Source of the DNA: Octopus vulgaris
Lineage: Eukaryota
Direction: 5' to 3'
NCBI GenBank assembly: GCA_951406725.2
Contig: OX597838.1
Location: 19,034,001-19,098,000 of the forward strand
Length of the DNA: 64,000 nucleotides
The notes under the pieces: generated by a model
Told to the model about the DNA's origin: nothing
The model's database searches: none
The model's input: only the letters and a program-made list of their open reading frames with translations
Program-made: the position numbers and the translations under genes
Shown: piece after piece, positions 54,001 to 64,000 of the stretch
How positions within the stretch are numbered: position 1 is the stretch's first letter
Layout of the letters: every line of letters starts with the position of its first letter

Positions 54001-56662
54001 ACATACATACATACATACATTCATATATATATGTACACTAGCTTAAAAACCAACTCCTGTGGAGGGCTCTTTATTGGGGCCTTGGTCCCAACAGTGACAC
54101 TTCATGTATTGAGTACGTATGAAATTTTTATTAAACTTGACCAATATTTTTCAAGCAAAGAAAAATTTTCATCGAAACAATGAATATAATTTGTCGACTT
54201 GGAACTTACTGCAAAGCTTCATGATAAACATTTTTCGTCATTCCATTCGGGGATGAGCTCAATTTTTTTTTCTATCTAGCCTCTTTCTTTCTCTCTCTCT
54301 GCTGATTGTTTTCAACCATCGCCATCACCACCACAACTGCCATACACACACCTTTCAGACTTCTGACGCCACCACATCAGTACCTTTGACTTTTCCACCT
54401 TCCCATCCACCACCACCACCACCACCATCATCATCATCACCGTTGCCTCTATCACAACTACAGCTAATACTATCACCTCTATTACCATCACAACCATCAA
54501 TCTACTACCATCTCTATGCCTACTATTACTCTCACCCCAACATGAGGAATTGTAGGGGTCATTGAATAGTGAGAGAGGGGGGTCAAAGTGTGACACACAA
54601 ATTTGTTTTGGCATTTATTATTATAGATTGGAGTTTGATGTAGTCCTTGGATACATCACATTTGTCAAACCATCCAACCCATGCCAGCATGGATCATGGA
54701 CATTCAAAAAATTATGAATAAATTCTTATATAGACTTGAAATTCAAGGAAAAAGGACAGTCTGATCTTTGCAGGGACATACAAGGACCCTAATAGAAAAA
54801 TATTCTTTCCTGCTCTTGGTACAAGGCTTGAAATTTTGAGGGAGGGGGGGGGGGCAGTCGATTAGATTGAACCCAGTATGCAACTGGTACTTAATTCGAA
54901 AGAAAGTTGGCGAGCTGGCAGAAACGTTAGCACGCCGGGTGAAATGCGTAGCTGTATTTCGTCTATCGTTACGTTGTGAGTTCAAATTCCGCCGAGGTCA
55001 ACTTTGCCTTTCATCCTTTCGGGGTCGATAATTTAAGTACCAGTTACACACTGGGGTCAATGTAATCGACTTAATACCTATGTCTGTCCTTGTTTGTCCC
55101 CTCTATGTTTAGCCCCTTGTGGGTAATAAAGAAATAGGTATTTAATTTATCAACCCCGAAAGTGACACGTCCATGCCGGTGGCACGTAAAAAGCACCATC
55201 CGATTGTGGTCGTTGCCAGCCTCGCCTGGTCCCCGTGCCAAGTAAAAAGCACCACCCGACCGTGTCCGTTGCCAGCGCCGCCGCGACTGGCCTCCGTGCC
55301 GGTGGCACGTAAAAAGCACCATCTGATCGTGGCCATTGCCAGCCTTGCCTGGCCCCCGTGCCAGTGGCACGTAAAAAGCACCATCCGTCCGTGGCCGTTT
55401 GCCAGCCCCGTCTGGCACCTGTGCGGGTGGCACGTAAAAAGCACCCACTACACTCACAGAGTGGTTGGCGTTAGGAAGGGCATCCAGCCGTAGAAACACT
55501 GCCAGATCAGACTGGGCCTGGTGCAGCCTTCTGGCTTCCCAGACCCCAGTTGAACCGTCCAACCCATGCTAGCATGGAAAGCGGACGCTAAATGATGATG
55601 ATGATGATGAAAGGTAAAGTCGACATTAACGGAATTTGAACTCAGAATGTAAAGATAGACGAAATATCGCTAAGCATTTTGCCCAGAGTGCTAACAATTC
55701 TACCAGCTCACTGTTAAAATCGAACTGCACTCTTCAAGACTTGCACCGAGAATAAGTACAAGGTAAAATTACTACCCGCTTTTATAGCAAGTAGATACAG
55801 ATAGTTTATCCTGTTCACCTGCAACTTTTGACCCATTAGTATTTAAACCGGCCATATCCGGCCAAAATAGTTAATCTGTTTTATGTTCAAACTGACCAGA
55901 TCCAGGCTCTCACACCTACCCTACAATGTTATTCTACATTAAGTAATTACACCATCAAGATCTTGAAGATATGAGATAATGCATGATTAATTCAAATCAA
56001 TGTGAATCAATAGGCATTATGTTTGATAGAATAATCTGAACACTAAAGGGTTAATTCATTCAATTGAAAAAACTGCATTATTTATGGGATGACTCGAGCC
56101 AATATTTCAGACATGCTGTGAAATCCTAGTTGTCTAATACTCTGTACACTAAGTCATTCAAACTGTTCCCAGCAGTCTACCAATCGCGCTGTAATTAATT
56201 ATCGCAAGAAAAATCAGTTGAAACCTACCCGAAGGTACTTCTGACTTGCCAATGCTGATTCAATGGTGAAATTAAGAGGTACTTTACGCTTCAGACCAAC
56301 ACTGATTTTTCGCTTCAATCCTTTACACTGTATATAGTTGGAAGTATCTGGCAGAGAATCCTGCAAAATGACACCAAAAATACAATAATGATTACCAGAG
56401 CATTTACTGTTGGCCTTGGGAAAGTATGGTTACAACGACAAAGCAAGCAGACAAACAGGGACAAAGAGGGCCAGGGTTGTGACGGCTTGGATAATCTGAA
56501 GAACACACACATGCATACACACGTGCACACAAATGTAACAGACAGCTGTGACATTCAGCCATGGCAACCAATCATGCCGCCAATCTTTAACATTTAATAG
56601 TAACACCCGACTATAGCAACCAGCAATGACACTTAATTACAACAGTTAACAAGGTGTGCATG

Positions 56663-56695
<33 letters not shown>

Positions 56696-57563
56696 ATTAG
56701 CAGGGCTATGGTGGTTTCAATAACCTGTGGAACACGAGGACACACAGCAGGATCAGAAATGTAATTGCTTAAGACAATATAAGGACCACACACATATACT
56801 TACATACACAATATGTTTCTTTATTATCCACAAGGGACTAAACATAGAGGGGACAAACAAGGACAGACAAACGGATTAAGTCGATTACATCGACCCCAGT
56901 GCGAAACTGGTACTTAATTTATCGACCCCCGAAAGGATGAAAGGCAAAGTCGACCTCGGTGGAATTTGAACTCAGAACGGTCAGACATTATTTACAACTG
57001 ATGGATATTTATCCTCATCTTGTTTGTTGTTAACACGTTTCGGCTGATATAACCCTCTAGCCTTCATCAGGTGTCTTGGTGAAATTTCAAACCTGGGTTC
57101 TCATTCCTAAGGTATTTTTCAATGTTGTTATTGTTATTATTATTCAGGTCACTGCCTGGAATCGAACTCGGAATCTTGGGTTTAGTAGCCCACACTCTTA
57201 ACCACCACACCATATGCCCATAGACCCACAAAATTTCCCCAAGACACCTGACGAAGGCTGGAGGGTATATCAGCCGAAATGCTGTGTTAACAACAAACAA
57301 GATGAGGACAAATATCCGTCAATTGTAAACAATGTACATAATTCCTCATCTCTTAAATATAGAACTGTATTATCAGGGTTAGAGTTATAATGGTCTATGC
57401 GAAATAAACTTACACAGGTGCAGGTGTGGTAGTTTGCTTCTCAACCACATGGTTCTGGGTTCAGTCTCACTGCATGGCACCTTGGGCAAATGTCTTCTAC
57501 TATAGCCTTAGGCTGACCAAAGCTTTGTGAGTGGATTTGGTGGACGGAAACTGAAAGAAGCTC

Positions 57564-57608
<45 letters not shown>

Positions 57609-60600
57609 TTTTATTTGATTCAGTCATTTGACTACAGCCACGCTGGAGTACCACCTTTAGCCGAACAAATCAACCCCAGGACTTATTCTATGTAAGACTA
57701 GTACTTTATTCTATCAGACTCTTTTGCCAAGCCACTAAGTTACAGGGATGTAAACAAACCTGCATTGGTTGTCAGGCGATGGTGGGAGGGGGGACAAACA
57801 CAAACATATACACAGATATATATACATACACAACGGGCTTCTTTCAGTTTCCATCTACCAAATCCACTCACAAGGCTTTGGTTGGCCTGAGGCTATAGTA
57901 ACAGACACATGCCCAAGGTGCCACGCTGTGAGACTGAACCTGGAACCATGTGGTTGGTGAGCAAGCTACTTAGCATACAGTCACATATATCTATATGTGC
58001 ATGTTGTAGAGTTTGTCCTCCTCCACCCACACCACCGATTGGCAACTGGTGATGGTGTGTTTATGTTTGCAGGACATAGTGGTTCAGCAAAAGAGACCAA
58101 TAGAATCAGTGCTGGGCTAATTTTCTTCAGTGCCCCAGCATGGGAGCAGTCTCTTTTACTCTTTCACTTGTTTCAGTCATTTGACTGTGGCCACGCTGGA
58201 GCACTGCCTTTAGTCGAGCAAATCGACCCCAGGACTTATCCTTTGTAAGCCTAGTACTTATTCTATCAGTCTCTTTTGCTGAACCGCTAAGTTACGGGGA
58301 CGTAAACACACCAGCAACAGTTGTCAAGCGATGTTGGGGTGGGGTACAAACACAGACACACAAACACACAAACATTTACACACATGCATATATATATTCA
58401 TATATACGATGGGCTTCTTTCAGTTTCCGTCTACCAAATCCACACCAGCATCGGTTGTCAAGCGATGTTGGGGAAACAAACACAGACACACAAACATTTA
58501 CACACATGCATATATATATTCATATATACGATGGGCTTCTTTCAGTTTCCATCTACCAAATCCACTCACAAGGCTTTGGTCGGCCCGAGGCTACAGTAGA
58601 AGACACTTGCCCATGGTGTCACGCAGTGTGAATGAACCCAGAAACATGTGGTTGGTAAGCAAGCTACTTCCCACAAGAAGTAAAAGAATATGTACACACA
58701 CAAACACACACAATTCCTAAACGGTAACATGCTAAGAGAAACACACTGCACAGTGAATAATGTGGCATGGTATCATATAGCTTTGGCTATGTAGTGTGTG
58801 ACGTAGTATAGGGTGGTGCGATGTGGTGTAGTGATAACGTGGGGAGGTACTTACATCGATGAGATAGTCCCTAATATAGGTGACATGCAAGCAGTTGATG
58901 CTCGTCTTGCGCAGTGGTTTCACATGGTCCCAATGGCGAGAATCAACGAAGACATAATTCACTCTATCAGCGACATCACCAGAGTTCTTGATAGGCAGTT
59001 TTATCACATACAACATGGCGCCACCATATGACAAGATCCTGAAACACAGAAAATGCGGAGATAGGTAAATAAATGGAAATACACAAGTGGAGGTGGAAGC
59101 ACTCCGTCGGTTACGACGACGAGGGTTCCGGTTGATCCGATCAACGGAACAGCCTGCTCGTGAAATTAACGTGTAAGTGGCTGAGCACTCCACAGACACG
59201 TGTACCCTTAATGTAGTTCTCGGGGATATTCAGCGTGACACAGAGAGTGACATGGCCGGCCCTTTGAAATACAGGTACAACAGAAACAGGAAGTAAGAGT
59301 GAGAGAAAGTTGTGGTGAAAGAGTACAGCAGGGATCACCACCATCCCTGCCGGAGCCTCATGGAGCTTTAGGTGTTTTCGCTCAATAAACACTCACAACG
59401 CCCGGTCTGGGAATCGAAACCACGATCCTACGACCGCGAGTCTGCTGCCCTAACCACTGGGCCATTGCACCTCCACAAATACACAAGTAAATATAAGGGA
59501 AACAAAGCCACTGCCTTGGCACCCAGGCCACATTCCTTGTGCACCCCCTCCCCCATCAACTAACCATCACAAACACAGACCTCTTTCTGAAGCAAATTCA
59601 AAGCAACTGCATTTCACAAATAAAACTTAACGTAATTAACATACTCTCTCTTTAACTCTTTTACTTGTTTCAGTCATTTGACTGCGGCCATGCTGGAGCA
59701 CCGCCTTTAGTCGAGCAAATTGACCCCGGGACTTATTCTTTGTAAGCCCAGTACGTATTCTATCGGTCTCTTTTGCCGAACCGCTAAGTAACAGGGACGT
59801 AAACACACCAGCATCGGTTGTCAAGCAATGCTAGGGGGACAAACACAGACACACAAACATATACACACACACATATATACGACAGGCTTCTTTCAGTTTC
59901 CGTCTACCAAATCCACACACAAGGCTTTGGTTGGCCCGGGGCTATAGCAGAAGACACTTGCCCAAGATGCCATGCAGTGGGACTGAACCCGGAACCATGT
60001 GGTTGGTTAGCAAGCTATTTACCACACAGCCACTCCTGCGCCTATATATTTTATTCTTTTATTCTTTTTACATTAATTACCCACTTTTGGCGACCCCATT
60101 AATCATTGCCCCCACTTTTCTTCAATGCCCTCTTGGAAAATCTCACCACCACCGGTGAGTGGGGGGGGCAGTACCACCCACTTTGAGAACCAGTGTACTA
60201 TATCCTCAAGCCAACCAAAGCCTTTTGAGTGGATTCGGTAGACAGAAACTGAAAGAAGCATGTCATGTGCACATATCATCATCATCATCGTTTAACGTCC
60301 GCTTTCCATGCTAGCATGGGTTGGACGATTTGACTGAGGACTGGCAAACCAGATGGCTGCACCAAGCTCCAGTCTGATCTGGCAGGGTTTCTACAGCTGG
60401 ATGCCCTTCCTAATGCCAACCACTCCGAGAGTGTAGTGGGTGCTTTTACGTGCCATAATTGATAAAACAAAAATGTTGAGATGGTCATGGAAGGATTACT
60501 TTTGATCATATGTCTGCTAGATCAGGACTGACCTAGGGCTAAATAACAACTGGAGTGACAAACTTACCTTTGATAAATAATTCTTCTCCGGTTACTTTTA

Positions 60601-60808
60601 ACAAGAACAGCTACTTTCCAGTTGTTGAAAGCAAGTCCTTTGTTCTGCTGGATCAACTTGCGCCACCGAGACGGAGCTTCGCACATGTGCATCTGGTTGG
60701 AGTCCCTTGGTTCCGCCTGGTGAGGCCCCCACTCATAATTATATTCTTGCACCCACATTCCATTTTTGGCACTGTCGTAGATGAAGTCAGGAGTAAGTAT
60801 CCACACAC
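11987..60808 (-). CDS. SLF1: SMC5-SMC6 complex localization factor 1 (ANKRD32/BRCTx)-like; spliced, 17 exons in window, 5' part not found in window
   Basis: Manually joined GT-AG exons keep frame throughout (2756 nt). N-terminal [28 protein letters not shown]...APSRWRK...[11 protein letters not shown]...RILSYGGA resembles the SLF1 tandem BRCT region. C-terminal [15 protein letters not shown]...[12 protein letters not shown]...TPLHDAV...TPLDLA are ankyrin repeats. BRCT-first, ankyrin-last order is SLF1-like (BARD1 has the reverse order). Confidence 0.88.
13391..13534 (-). CDS. SLF1: SLF1 exon (last ankyrin repeat)
   Basis: attggaag|GA CCA ... ATC G|gtgaga; [23 protein letters not shown]...; phase 1 to 1. 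Confidence 0.9.
14587..14712 (-). CDS. SLF1: SLF1 exon (ankyrin repeat)
   Basis: gtttaaag|GT TAC ... AAA G|gtaaat; ...[33 protein letters not shown](G); phase 1 to 1. Confidence 0.9.
14782..15305 (-). mobile_element. CR1-type LINE 3' fragment
   Basis: RT C-terminus [41 protein letters not shown]...RGHSEKL...WNKL, short 3' UTR and (TTAAC)n tail. Confidence 0.9.
15510..15644 (-). CDS. SLF1: SLF1 exon (ankyrin repeat)
   Basis: ttttgcag|GC ATT ... GCT T|gtaagt; [30 protein letters not shown]; phase 1 to 1. Confidence 0.93.
15976..16372. mobile_element. head-to-head inverted pair of a tRNA-headed, HHR-containing short element
   Basis: Plus copy 16132-16372: TGGCGTAGTGG...GAGTTCGATTC head, (AAT/AAC)n, then CTGATGA-a-GGCTG...CAGCC-GAAGC. 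Truncated minus copy at 15976-16131. Confidence 0.75.
16652..17045 (+). mobile_element. SINE family B (tRNA-like head, internal (TA)n(TG)n)
   Basis: ggagtggctgtgtggtaag...gggttcagtccc...gaaacaagtaaaag. Copies at about 1-160, 985-1200, 17889-18290, 19103-19465, 31885-32405, 43772-44151, 46390-46900, 57415-57980, 58150-58670, 59655-60043. Confidence 0.85.
17062..17133 (-). CDS. SLF1: SLF1 exon (ankyrin repeat)
   Basis: ggtgaag|GT GAA ... CCA G|gtaaga; (G)[23 protein letters not shown](G); phase 1 to 1. Confidence 0.92.
18534..18685 (-). CDS. SLF1: SLF1 exon (linker, start of ankyrin repeats)
   Basis: gtttgtag|A TCA ... AAA G|gtaaat; SHNVLAED...RNVNKRNYK(G); phase 2 to 1. Confidence 0.9.
20384..20782 (-). 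mobile_element. non-autonomous Helitron-like element
   Basis: 5' TC(TA)n, 3' hairpin cccg-agcaacgc-cggg followed by CTAG; inserted between A and T with no TSD; the empty site atattata|ttacagat is visible in the other palindrome arm at about 24598-24613. Confidence 0.85.
20783..22682 (-). mobile_element. 5'-truncated Penelope-like element (Naiad-like), left arm of palindrome
   Basis: RT motifs [31 protein letters not shown]; GIY-YIG endonuclease IIYEA...[16 protein letters not shown]; C-terminal CSLC...LNSRTE...CPH; frameshifted; long 3' UTR ending in an HHR. Confidence 0.9.
20806..20878 (-). ncRNA. type I hammerhead ribozyme remnant (PLE pseudo-LTR)
   Basis: ttgcc-tc-aataa CTGACGA gatgccgg...gacatcc AAAAC tca GTC ttatt-at-ggcaa; stems I and II pair; core GAAA mutated to AAAA. 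Confidence 0.72.
22683..24613 (+). mobile_element. 5'-truncated Penelope-like element (Naiad-like), right arm of palindrome
   Basis: Reverse complement of 20783-22682 with more stops and frameshifts; linker [15 protein letters not shown] is a CxCx5C motif. Confidence 0.9.
24508..24582 (+). ncRNA. type I hammerhead ribozyme remnant (PLE pseudo-LTR)
   Basis: aataa CTGACGA gatgcc...gatatct GAAAC tcaga GGC ttatt; cleavage triplet GTC mutated to GGC. Confidence 0.72.
25530..27320 (-). mobile_element. decayed Penelope-like element of a second lineage (RT + GIY-YIG)
   Basis: Fragmented ORFs: [55 protein letters not shown]...[25 protein letters not shown]; interrupted by a TTAA MITE. Confidence 0.85.
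26514..26741. mobile_element. piggyBac-type MITE family 1 inserted in the PLE
   Basis: ttaaccctttagcattt ... acactaaagggttaa splits the PLE RT region at a TTAA. Confidence 0.85.
27787..28232. repeat. compound (TA)/(CA) microsatellite
   Basis: About 450 bp of tatata/catata motifs. Confidence 0.95.
28317..28355 (-). ncRNA. degenerate minimal hammerhead motif
   Basis: cttt CTGTAG GAGC atgtag GCTT GAAAC GTT aaag; stem I cttt/aaag, palindromic AACGTT stem III, core decayed. Confidence 0.4.
28539..28913 (+). mobile_element. SINE family D (tRNA-derived head)
   Basis: ggaggcgcaatggcccagtggttagg...ggtttcgattccc; flanked by TSD-like aca(c/t)gtttcaga. Copies at about 48200-48562 (+), 59093-59475 (-), 60902-61287 (-). 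Confidence 0.88.
30980..31038 (-). CDS. SLF1: SLF1 short exon
   Basis: ttttatttag|GTA AAT ... AAA AC|gtgagt; [19 protein letters not shown]; phase 0 to 2, needed to reconcile the phases of the flanking exons. Confidence 0.82.
31262..31632 (-). mobile_element. tRNA-headed HHR-containing short element, interrupted by a SINE
   Basis: Same family as 16132-16372; head at about 31558-31628, HHR at about 31317-31366; SINE family A inserted at about 31383-31523. Confidence 0.75.
32415..36805. repeat. tandem array, 317-bp unit, 13 full copies plus partial copies
   Basis: Unit marker ttcatacattgttacgaaaatttaacc recurs at 32417, 32734, 33051 ... 36535; units are identical except for one two-base variant and rare 1-2 nt indels. 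Confidence 0.98.
37880..38780 (+). mobile_element. SINE family A, tandem multimer with nested MITE
   Basis: Three or more consecutive units joined at aataaagaaataa|gaaacgttagc. Confidence 0.85.
38022..38257. mobile_element. piggyBac-type MITE family 3
   Basis: ttaaccccttac ... gtaaggggttaa inserted at the TTAA of a SINE (gataaattaa|...|gtaccag). Confidence 0.8.
38969..39129 (-). CDS. SLF1: SLF1 exon
   Basis: tttttgcag|AT GGT ... AAC CTC|gtaagt; ...[16 protein letters not shown]...INLTNL; phase 1 to 0. Confidence 0.87.
39415..39449 (+). ncRNA. degenerate minimal hammerhead motif
   Basis: gttt CCGACGA a GAGC tcc GCTC GAAAC ATT aaac; two substitutions from the minimal PLE-type consensus; lies in the loop of inverted repeat 39345-39576. 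Confidence 0.55.
40246..40632 (+). mobile_element. non-autonomous Helitron-like element (second copy)
   Basis: A|TCtttatatataaaagtgaag ... cccgagctacgccgggcgatactgCTAG|T; homologous to 20384-20782 with an internal duplication. Confidence 0.85.
41434..41884. mobile_element. piggyBac-type MITE family 2, one copy nested inside another
   Basis: Outer copy ttaacccttt...gaaagggttaa is interrupted at an internal TTAA by a full copy at about 41531-41756; another copy at about 29404-29608. Confidence 0.82.
42160..42319 (-). CDS. SLF1: SLF1 exon
   Basis: tttttctag|AAA GAA ... TAT T|gtaagt; [20 protein letters not shown]...EVSKEIY; phase 0 to 1. Confidence 0.87.
43466..43628 (-). CDS. SLF1: SLF1 exon
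   Basis: aatttcag|T TCA ... TAC AGA|gtaagt; ...[13 protein letters not shown]...DLPEVYR; phase 2 to 0. Confidence 0.87.
44506..44898. repeat. 22-bp minisatellite
   Basis: Unit gtccatcccatacacaccatgt with variants, about 17 copies. Confidence 0.92.
45012..45253. mobile_element. piggyBac-type MITE family 4
   Basis: ttaacccattaagtccca ... tgggacttaatgggtta; the right end is duplicated around a SINE dimer insertion. Confidence 0.75.
46057..46173 (-). CDS. SLF1: SLF1 exon
   Basis: ttcttgcag|G TCT ... AAA AG|gtaatc; [10 protein letters not shown]...[14 protein letters not shown]; phase 2 to 2. Confidence 0.85.
47845..48014 (-). CDS. SLF1: SLF1 exon
   Basis: tctttcag|AGA AAC ... ATT TT|gtaagt; [24 protein letters not shown]...WEFVKETI; phase 0 to 2. 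Confidence 0.87.
48863..49050. repeat. 64-bp tandem repeat, about 3 copies
   Basis: gggaggaatggttccggggatttggagaaagacaaaatttgagacgagtgattgtgggacacgc starting at 48866, 48930 and 48994. Confidence 0.92.
49402..49578 (-). CDS. SLF1: SLF1 exon
   Basis: ggctag|ATT ACA ... TTG TTG|gtatgt; [17 protein letters not shown]...[16 protein letters not shown]; 177 nt, phase 0 to 0. Confidence 0.85.
49700..50380 (-). mobile_element. SINE-like family C with (GAT)n tail and expanded 5' ~61-nt repeats
   Basis: Body ggcgttaggaagggcatccagctgtagaaac...cccatgctagcatggaaa...(gat)n. Copies at about 1630-1960, 14025-14357, 20093-20318, 27450-27787, 37530-37787, 42795-43180, 55170-55610, 60275-60455, 61800-62152. 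Confidence 0.82.
53176..53770. repeat. 52-bp minisatellite, about 11 copies
   Basis: Unit tgtaacaccaaggtgtaacagccagtagtaacatcaagctatgacaaccaac, preceded by a degenerate region from about 52985. Confidence 0.93.
53844..53963 (-). CDS. SLF1: probable SLF1 exon with poly-Gly/poly-Gln
   Basis: ctctctttggcag|CTT TCT ... CCA AAA|gtaagt; [15 protein letters not shown](G)12ECVNE(Q)6PK; 120 nt, phase 0 to 0. Confidence 0.7.
56229..56360 (-). CDS. SLF1: SLF1 exon
   Basis: ttttgcag|GAT TCT ... CTT CGG|gtaggt; [26 protein letters not shown]... (basic, NLS-like); 132 nt, phase 0 to 0. Confidence 0.8.
56986..57370. mobile_element. inverted pair of the tRNA-headed HHR-containing short element
   Basis: Minus copy about 56986-57220 (head plus HHR), then a headless plus copy about 57228-57370 with gacac CTGACGA a GGCTG...CAGCC GAAAT GCT gtgtt. 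Confidence 0.75.
58855..59038 (-). CDS. SLF1: SLF1 exon (BRCT2)
   Basis: gtttcag|G ATC TTG ... ATC GAT|gtaagt; [10 protein letters not shown]...[13 protein letters not shown]; phase 2 to 0. Confidence 0.92.
60568..60808 (-). CDS. SLF1: SLF1 exon (end of BRCT1, start of BRCT2)
   Basis: tttctag|GT GTG TGG ... CAA AG|gtaagt; (G)[27 protein letters not shown]...IIYQ(R); phase 1 to 2. Confidence 0.92.
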
Positions 60809-63289
60809 CTAGAAATACAACCAAATGGAAAAAATTTTCACACCGGAATTGAAACAACAAAGAAGGACAAAAAAAAAAAAAAGACAGAAGAATGGGATGG
60901 ATGGAAGCACTCCGTCGGTTACGACGACGAGGGTTCCGGTTGATCCGAATCAACGGAACAGCCTGCTCGTGAAATTAACGTGTAAGTGGCTGAGCACTCC
61001 ACAGACACGTGCACCCTTAACGTAGTTCTCGGGGATATTCAGCGTGACACAGAGAGTGACAAGGCCGGCCCTTTGAAATACAGGTACAACAGAAACAGGA
61101 AGTAAGAGTGAGAGAAAGTTGTGGTGAAAGAGTACAGCAGGGATCACCACCATCCCCTGCCGGAGCCCCGTGGAGCATTTAGGTGTTTTCGCTCAATAAA
61201 CACTCACAAAAGCCCGGTCTGGGAATCGAAACCGCGATCCTACGACCGCGAGTCCGCTGCCCTAACCACTGGGCTATTGCGCCTCCTATGAAAATTATAT
61301 ATCACTAGCTGGACCTGTGAAAAATTCACAGAAAACATTAAAAAATGTAAGCATCTGTAAAGTAAACAGTGTACTGGTGCCATGAGAAATGTTTGTATAT
61401 TATGACCATCTGTCTTTATGTTCTGAGTTCAAATTCTTCCAAGATCGACTTTGCCTTTCATCCTTTCAGGGTCGATAAATTAAGTATCAGTTGTGTACTG
61501 GGGTTAATTTAATCAACTGGCCCCCTCCCCACAAAAATTTCAGGCCTAGAAAAGTATATTTTGACAGTTACAGAATATAGAAAGTAATGTAACACCAATG
61601 ACTATATAATCCAACCAAAATATCTCAGTTACACAAACGTAAACAGAATTACTATTTAACCTTAGAATACATCGTACATATTCAAAGAACCTTAATGTAC
61701 AAATTGAAATGGATTTATGAATGAAAATTTCCACCACGACACTTATTATTGCAAACGTGTTTTAACTGACCTAAACTACACACACAAATACATTCAAAAT
61801 CGATCAACATCAATGGAAATTGTAGCTGTGATACCAGTGCTGGTGGCACGTAAGAGAACCATCCGAACGTGGCCATTGCCAGCGCCGCCCCGACTGGCCT
61901 CCGTGCCGGTGGCACGTAAAAAGCACCATCCGATCGTGGCCGTTTGCCAGCCTCGTCTGGCACCTGTGCAGGTGGCACGTAAAAAGCACCCACTACACTC
62001 ACGGAGTGGTTGGCGTTAGGAAGGGCATCCAGCTGTAGAAACACTGCCAGATCAGACTGGGCCTGGCACAGCCTTCTGGCTTCCCAGACCCCAGTTGAGC
62101 CGTCCAACCCATGCTAGCATGGAAAACGGACGTTAAACGATGATGATGATGATTATGATACATATGTCTCAAGTTGTAGCCGTAATTCAAAGGGGCTAGC
62201 CTTGTCATATTCTGTGTGAAGCTGAATCTCCCTGAGAACTAAGTTAATGATATGCATGTCTGTGGAGTACTCAGCCATTTGTGAGTTAATTTTATCCTCA
62301 TGTGGTAATGGAAAGTGAAACTGACAGCCAATATTTGCTGTGTCTATTTATCTATATATGAACTTTTCTTTGGATTTATGTATCTACTGCTTCTCTCATT
62401 TTCTCTCTTCCACTTCCTTTGTGTCCCACTTCTATTTCCTTACTACCCACAAGGGGCTAAACACAGAAAGGACAAACAAGGACAGACAAACGGATTAAGT
62501 CGATTACGTCGACCCCAGTGCGTAACTGGTACTTATTTAATCGACCCCGAAAGGATGAAAGGCAAAGTCGACCTCGGCAGAATTTGAACTCAGAATGTAA
62601 CGGCAAACGAAATACCTATTTCTTTATTACCCACAAGGGCCTAAACACAGAGGGGACAAACAAGGACAGACATAGGTATTAAGTCGATTACATCAACTCC
62701 AGTGCGTAACTGGTACTTATTTAATCGACCCCAAAAGGATGAAAGGCAAAGTCGACCTCGGCAGAATTTGAACTCAGAACGTAACGGCAGACGAAATACC
62801 GCTAAGCATTTCGCCAGGCGTGCTAACGATTCTGCCAGCTCACCGCCTTTTAGATGTGTGTCCCACTTCTCTCCCCACTTTTGATTTAACAATATGTATC
62901 TATGTATCTACTTCTCTTACAATGTTTTTAAACATTTACAAACACAAAACGAACGCAGTCACCTCTCACTGTCTCTTTTGTTCTCTCTTTCTTTCTTACT
63001 CTCTTTCTCTTTCACGTCCTCTCTGAAACATTTAAAAACACAAAACAAACACCGTCACCACTCCCCGTCTCTTTCACTCTCTCTCTCTCTCTTACTTCCT
63101 CTCTGTCCTCCTCTTTCTAGCATTGCCACTTCTTTGAAGTAAGTGTGACACACACAACAGGCACGTACAAAAACAAAAAGCATGTTAATATTGATTATAA
63201 AAGCTTAGTGTATTTTTCCTTTTGTTTCAGACTAAATAAATTCAAATTTCTAAATTAGATAATGGCTACAGACTGAAATACAATTATAA

Positions 63290-63675
63290 CCCGCCACAAA
63301 GGAGGTGAAAGTCTGGAAAAATAGTCAAGAAATTCCAAGAGACTGGTTCCACTGCTGATCGACCTCAACATGACCAAAAAAGAAGTGTGTGGACCCCTCA
63401 GTTTATCAGAAGTACCAGAGAAAAAAATACGGCAAAATCTTCATCATTCCAGTGAAAAGCTGACTGCTACAGTAAATATAACCTGAACATCGATGTATCA
63501 AGTGCTGAAGGAGGATCTCAGGACCCACTTCTACAAGATGATCATGCAAGATGAACTCATGCAAGTTTAGAAGGCCATGAGTCTGGAGAGAAGGCGTCTT
63601 ATCCTGCATCAGATTGCTGAAGGCACACTGCCCAACCTGATGTTCACTGATGAAAAGAAATTTCATATTGAATAG
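63290..63675 (+). mobile_element. degenerate Tc1/mariner-superfamily transposase fragment
   Basis: Translatable patches IVKKFQETGSTADRP (end of HTH region) and LPNLMFTDEKKFHIE (first catalytic Asp), broken by frameshifts. Confidence 0.65.
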
Positions 63676-64000
63676 ACCTATAGGCGCAGGAGTGGCTGTG
63701 TGGTAAGTAGCTTGTTTGCCACCGGCACAGAAGCCAGTCGAGGTGGCGCTGGCATCAACCACATTCAGATGGTGCTTTTTATGTGCCACCGGCACAGGTA
63801 TCACATTCTTCTACGTTTATAAAACAGATATAAAAATTCCAAATATATAAATATAAAAATACATATCAATAGATAAATATCGATGTGATATATAAAACAT
63901 AATAATAATAAATTTTAGATTTAAAAGCTGTAATCCATTGGGGTAATGAAAATTTGAGATGATAAAACATTTCCATAGTCTTCTGATTATATGCTAATTA

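Noticed and set aside
11987-60808. Gene identity as BARD1 or TONSL
   Set aside because: Those proteins place ankyrin repeats before the BRCT or LRR domains; here BRCT motifs precede the ankyrins and the BRCT linker matches SLF1.

Overview
AT-rich, repeat-saturated animal genomic DNA. The SINE, MITE and microsatellite content is most consistent with a coleoid cephalopod (octopus); this is inferred, not proven. One spliced protein-coding gene runs on the minus strand across about 49 kb. Seventeen phase-consistent exons (60808 to 11987, about 917 codons) encode a BRCT plus ankyrin-repeat protein matching SLF1/ANKRD32; its first exon(s) were not found in the window. A tRNA-Val(AAC) gene lies at 623-695. 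Almost all ORFs in the supplied track are repeat artefacts. Introns and flanks hold at least five SINE-like families, piggyBac-type and hAT MITEs, two copies of a non-autonomous Helitron, CR1/RTE/Tc1-mariner fragments, two unrelated decayed Penelope-like elements (PLEs) and a near-perfect 14-unit 317-bp tandem array. The most interesting signal is a recurring link between hammerhead-ribozyme (HHR) motifs and fold-back inverted duplications. It is seen in a palindrome of a Naiad-like PLE with ~1.9-kb arms, an HHR at each outer end and patchwork arm identity; in a tRNA-headed short element carrying a minimal HHR that occurs as inverted pairs; and in further HHR remnants next to hairpins.
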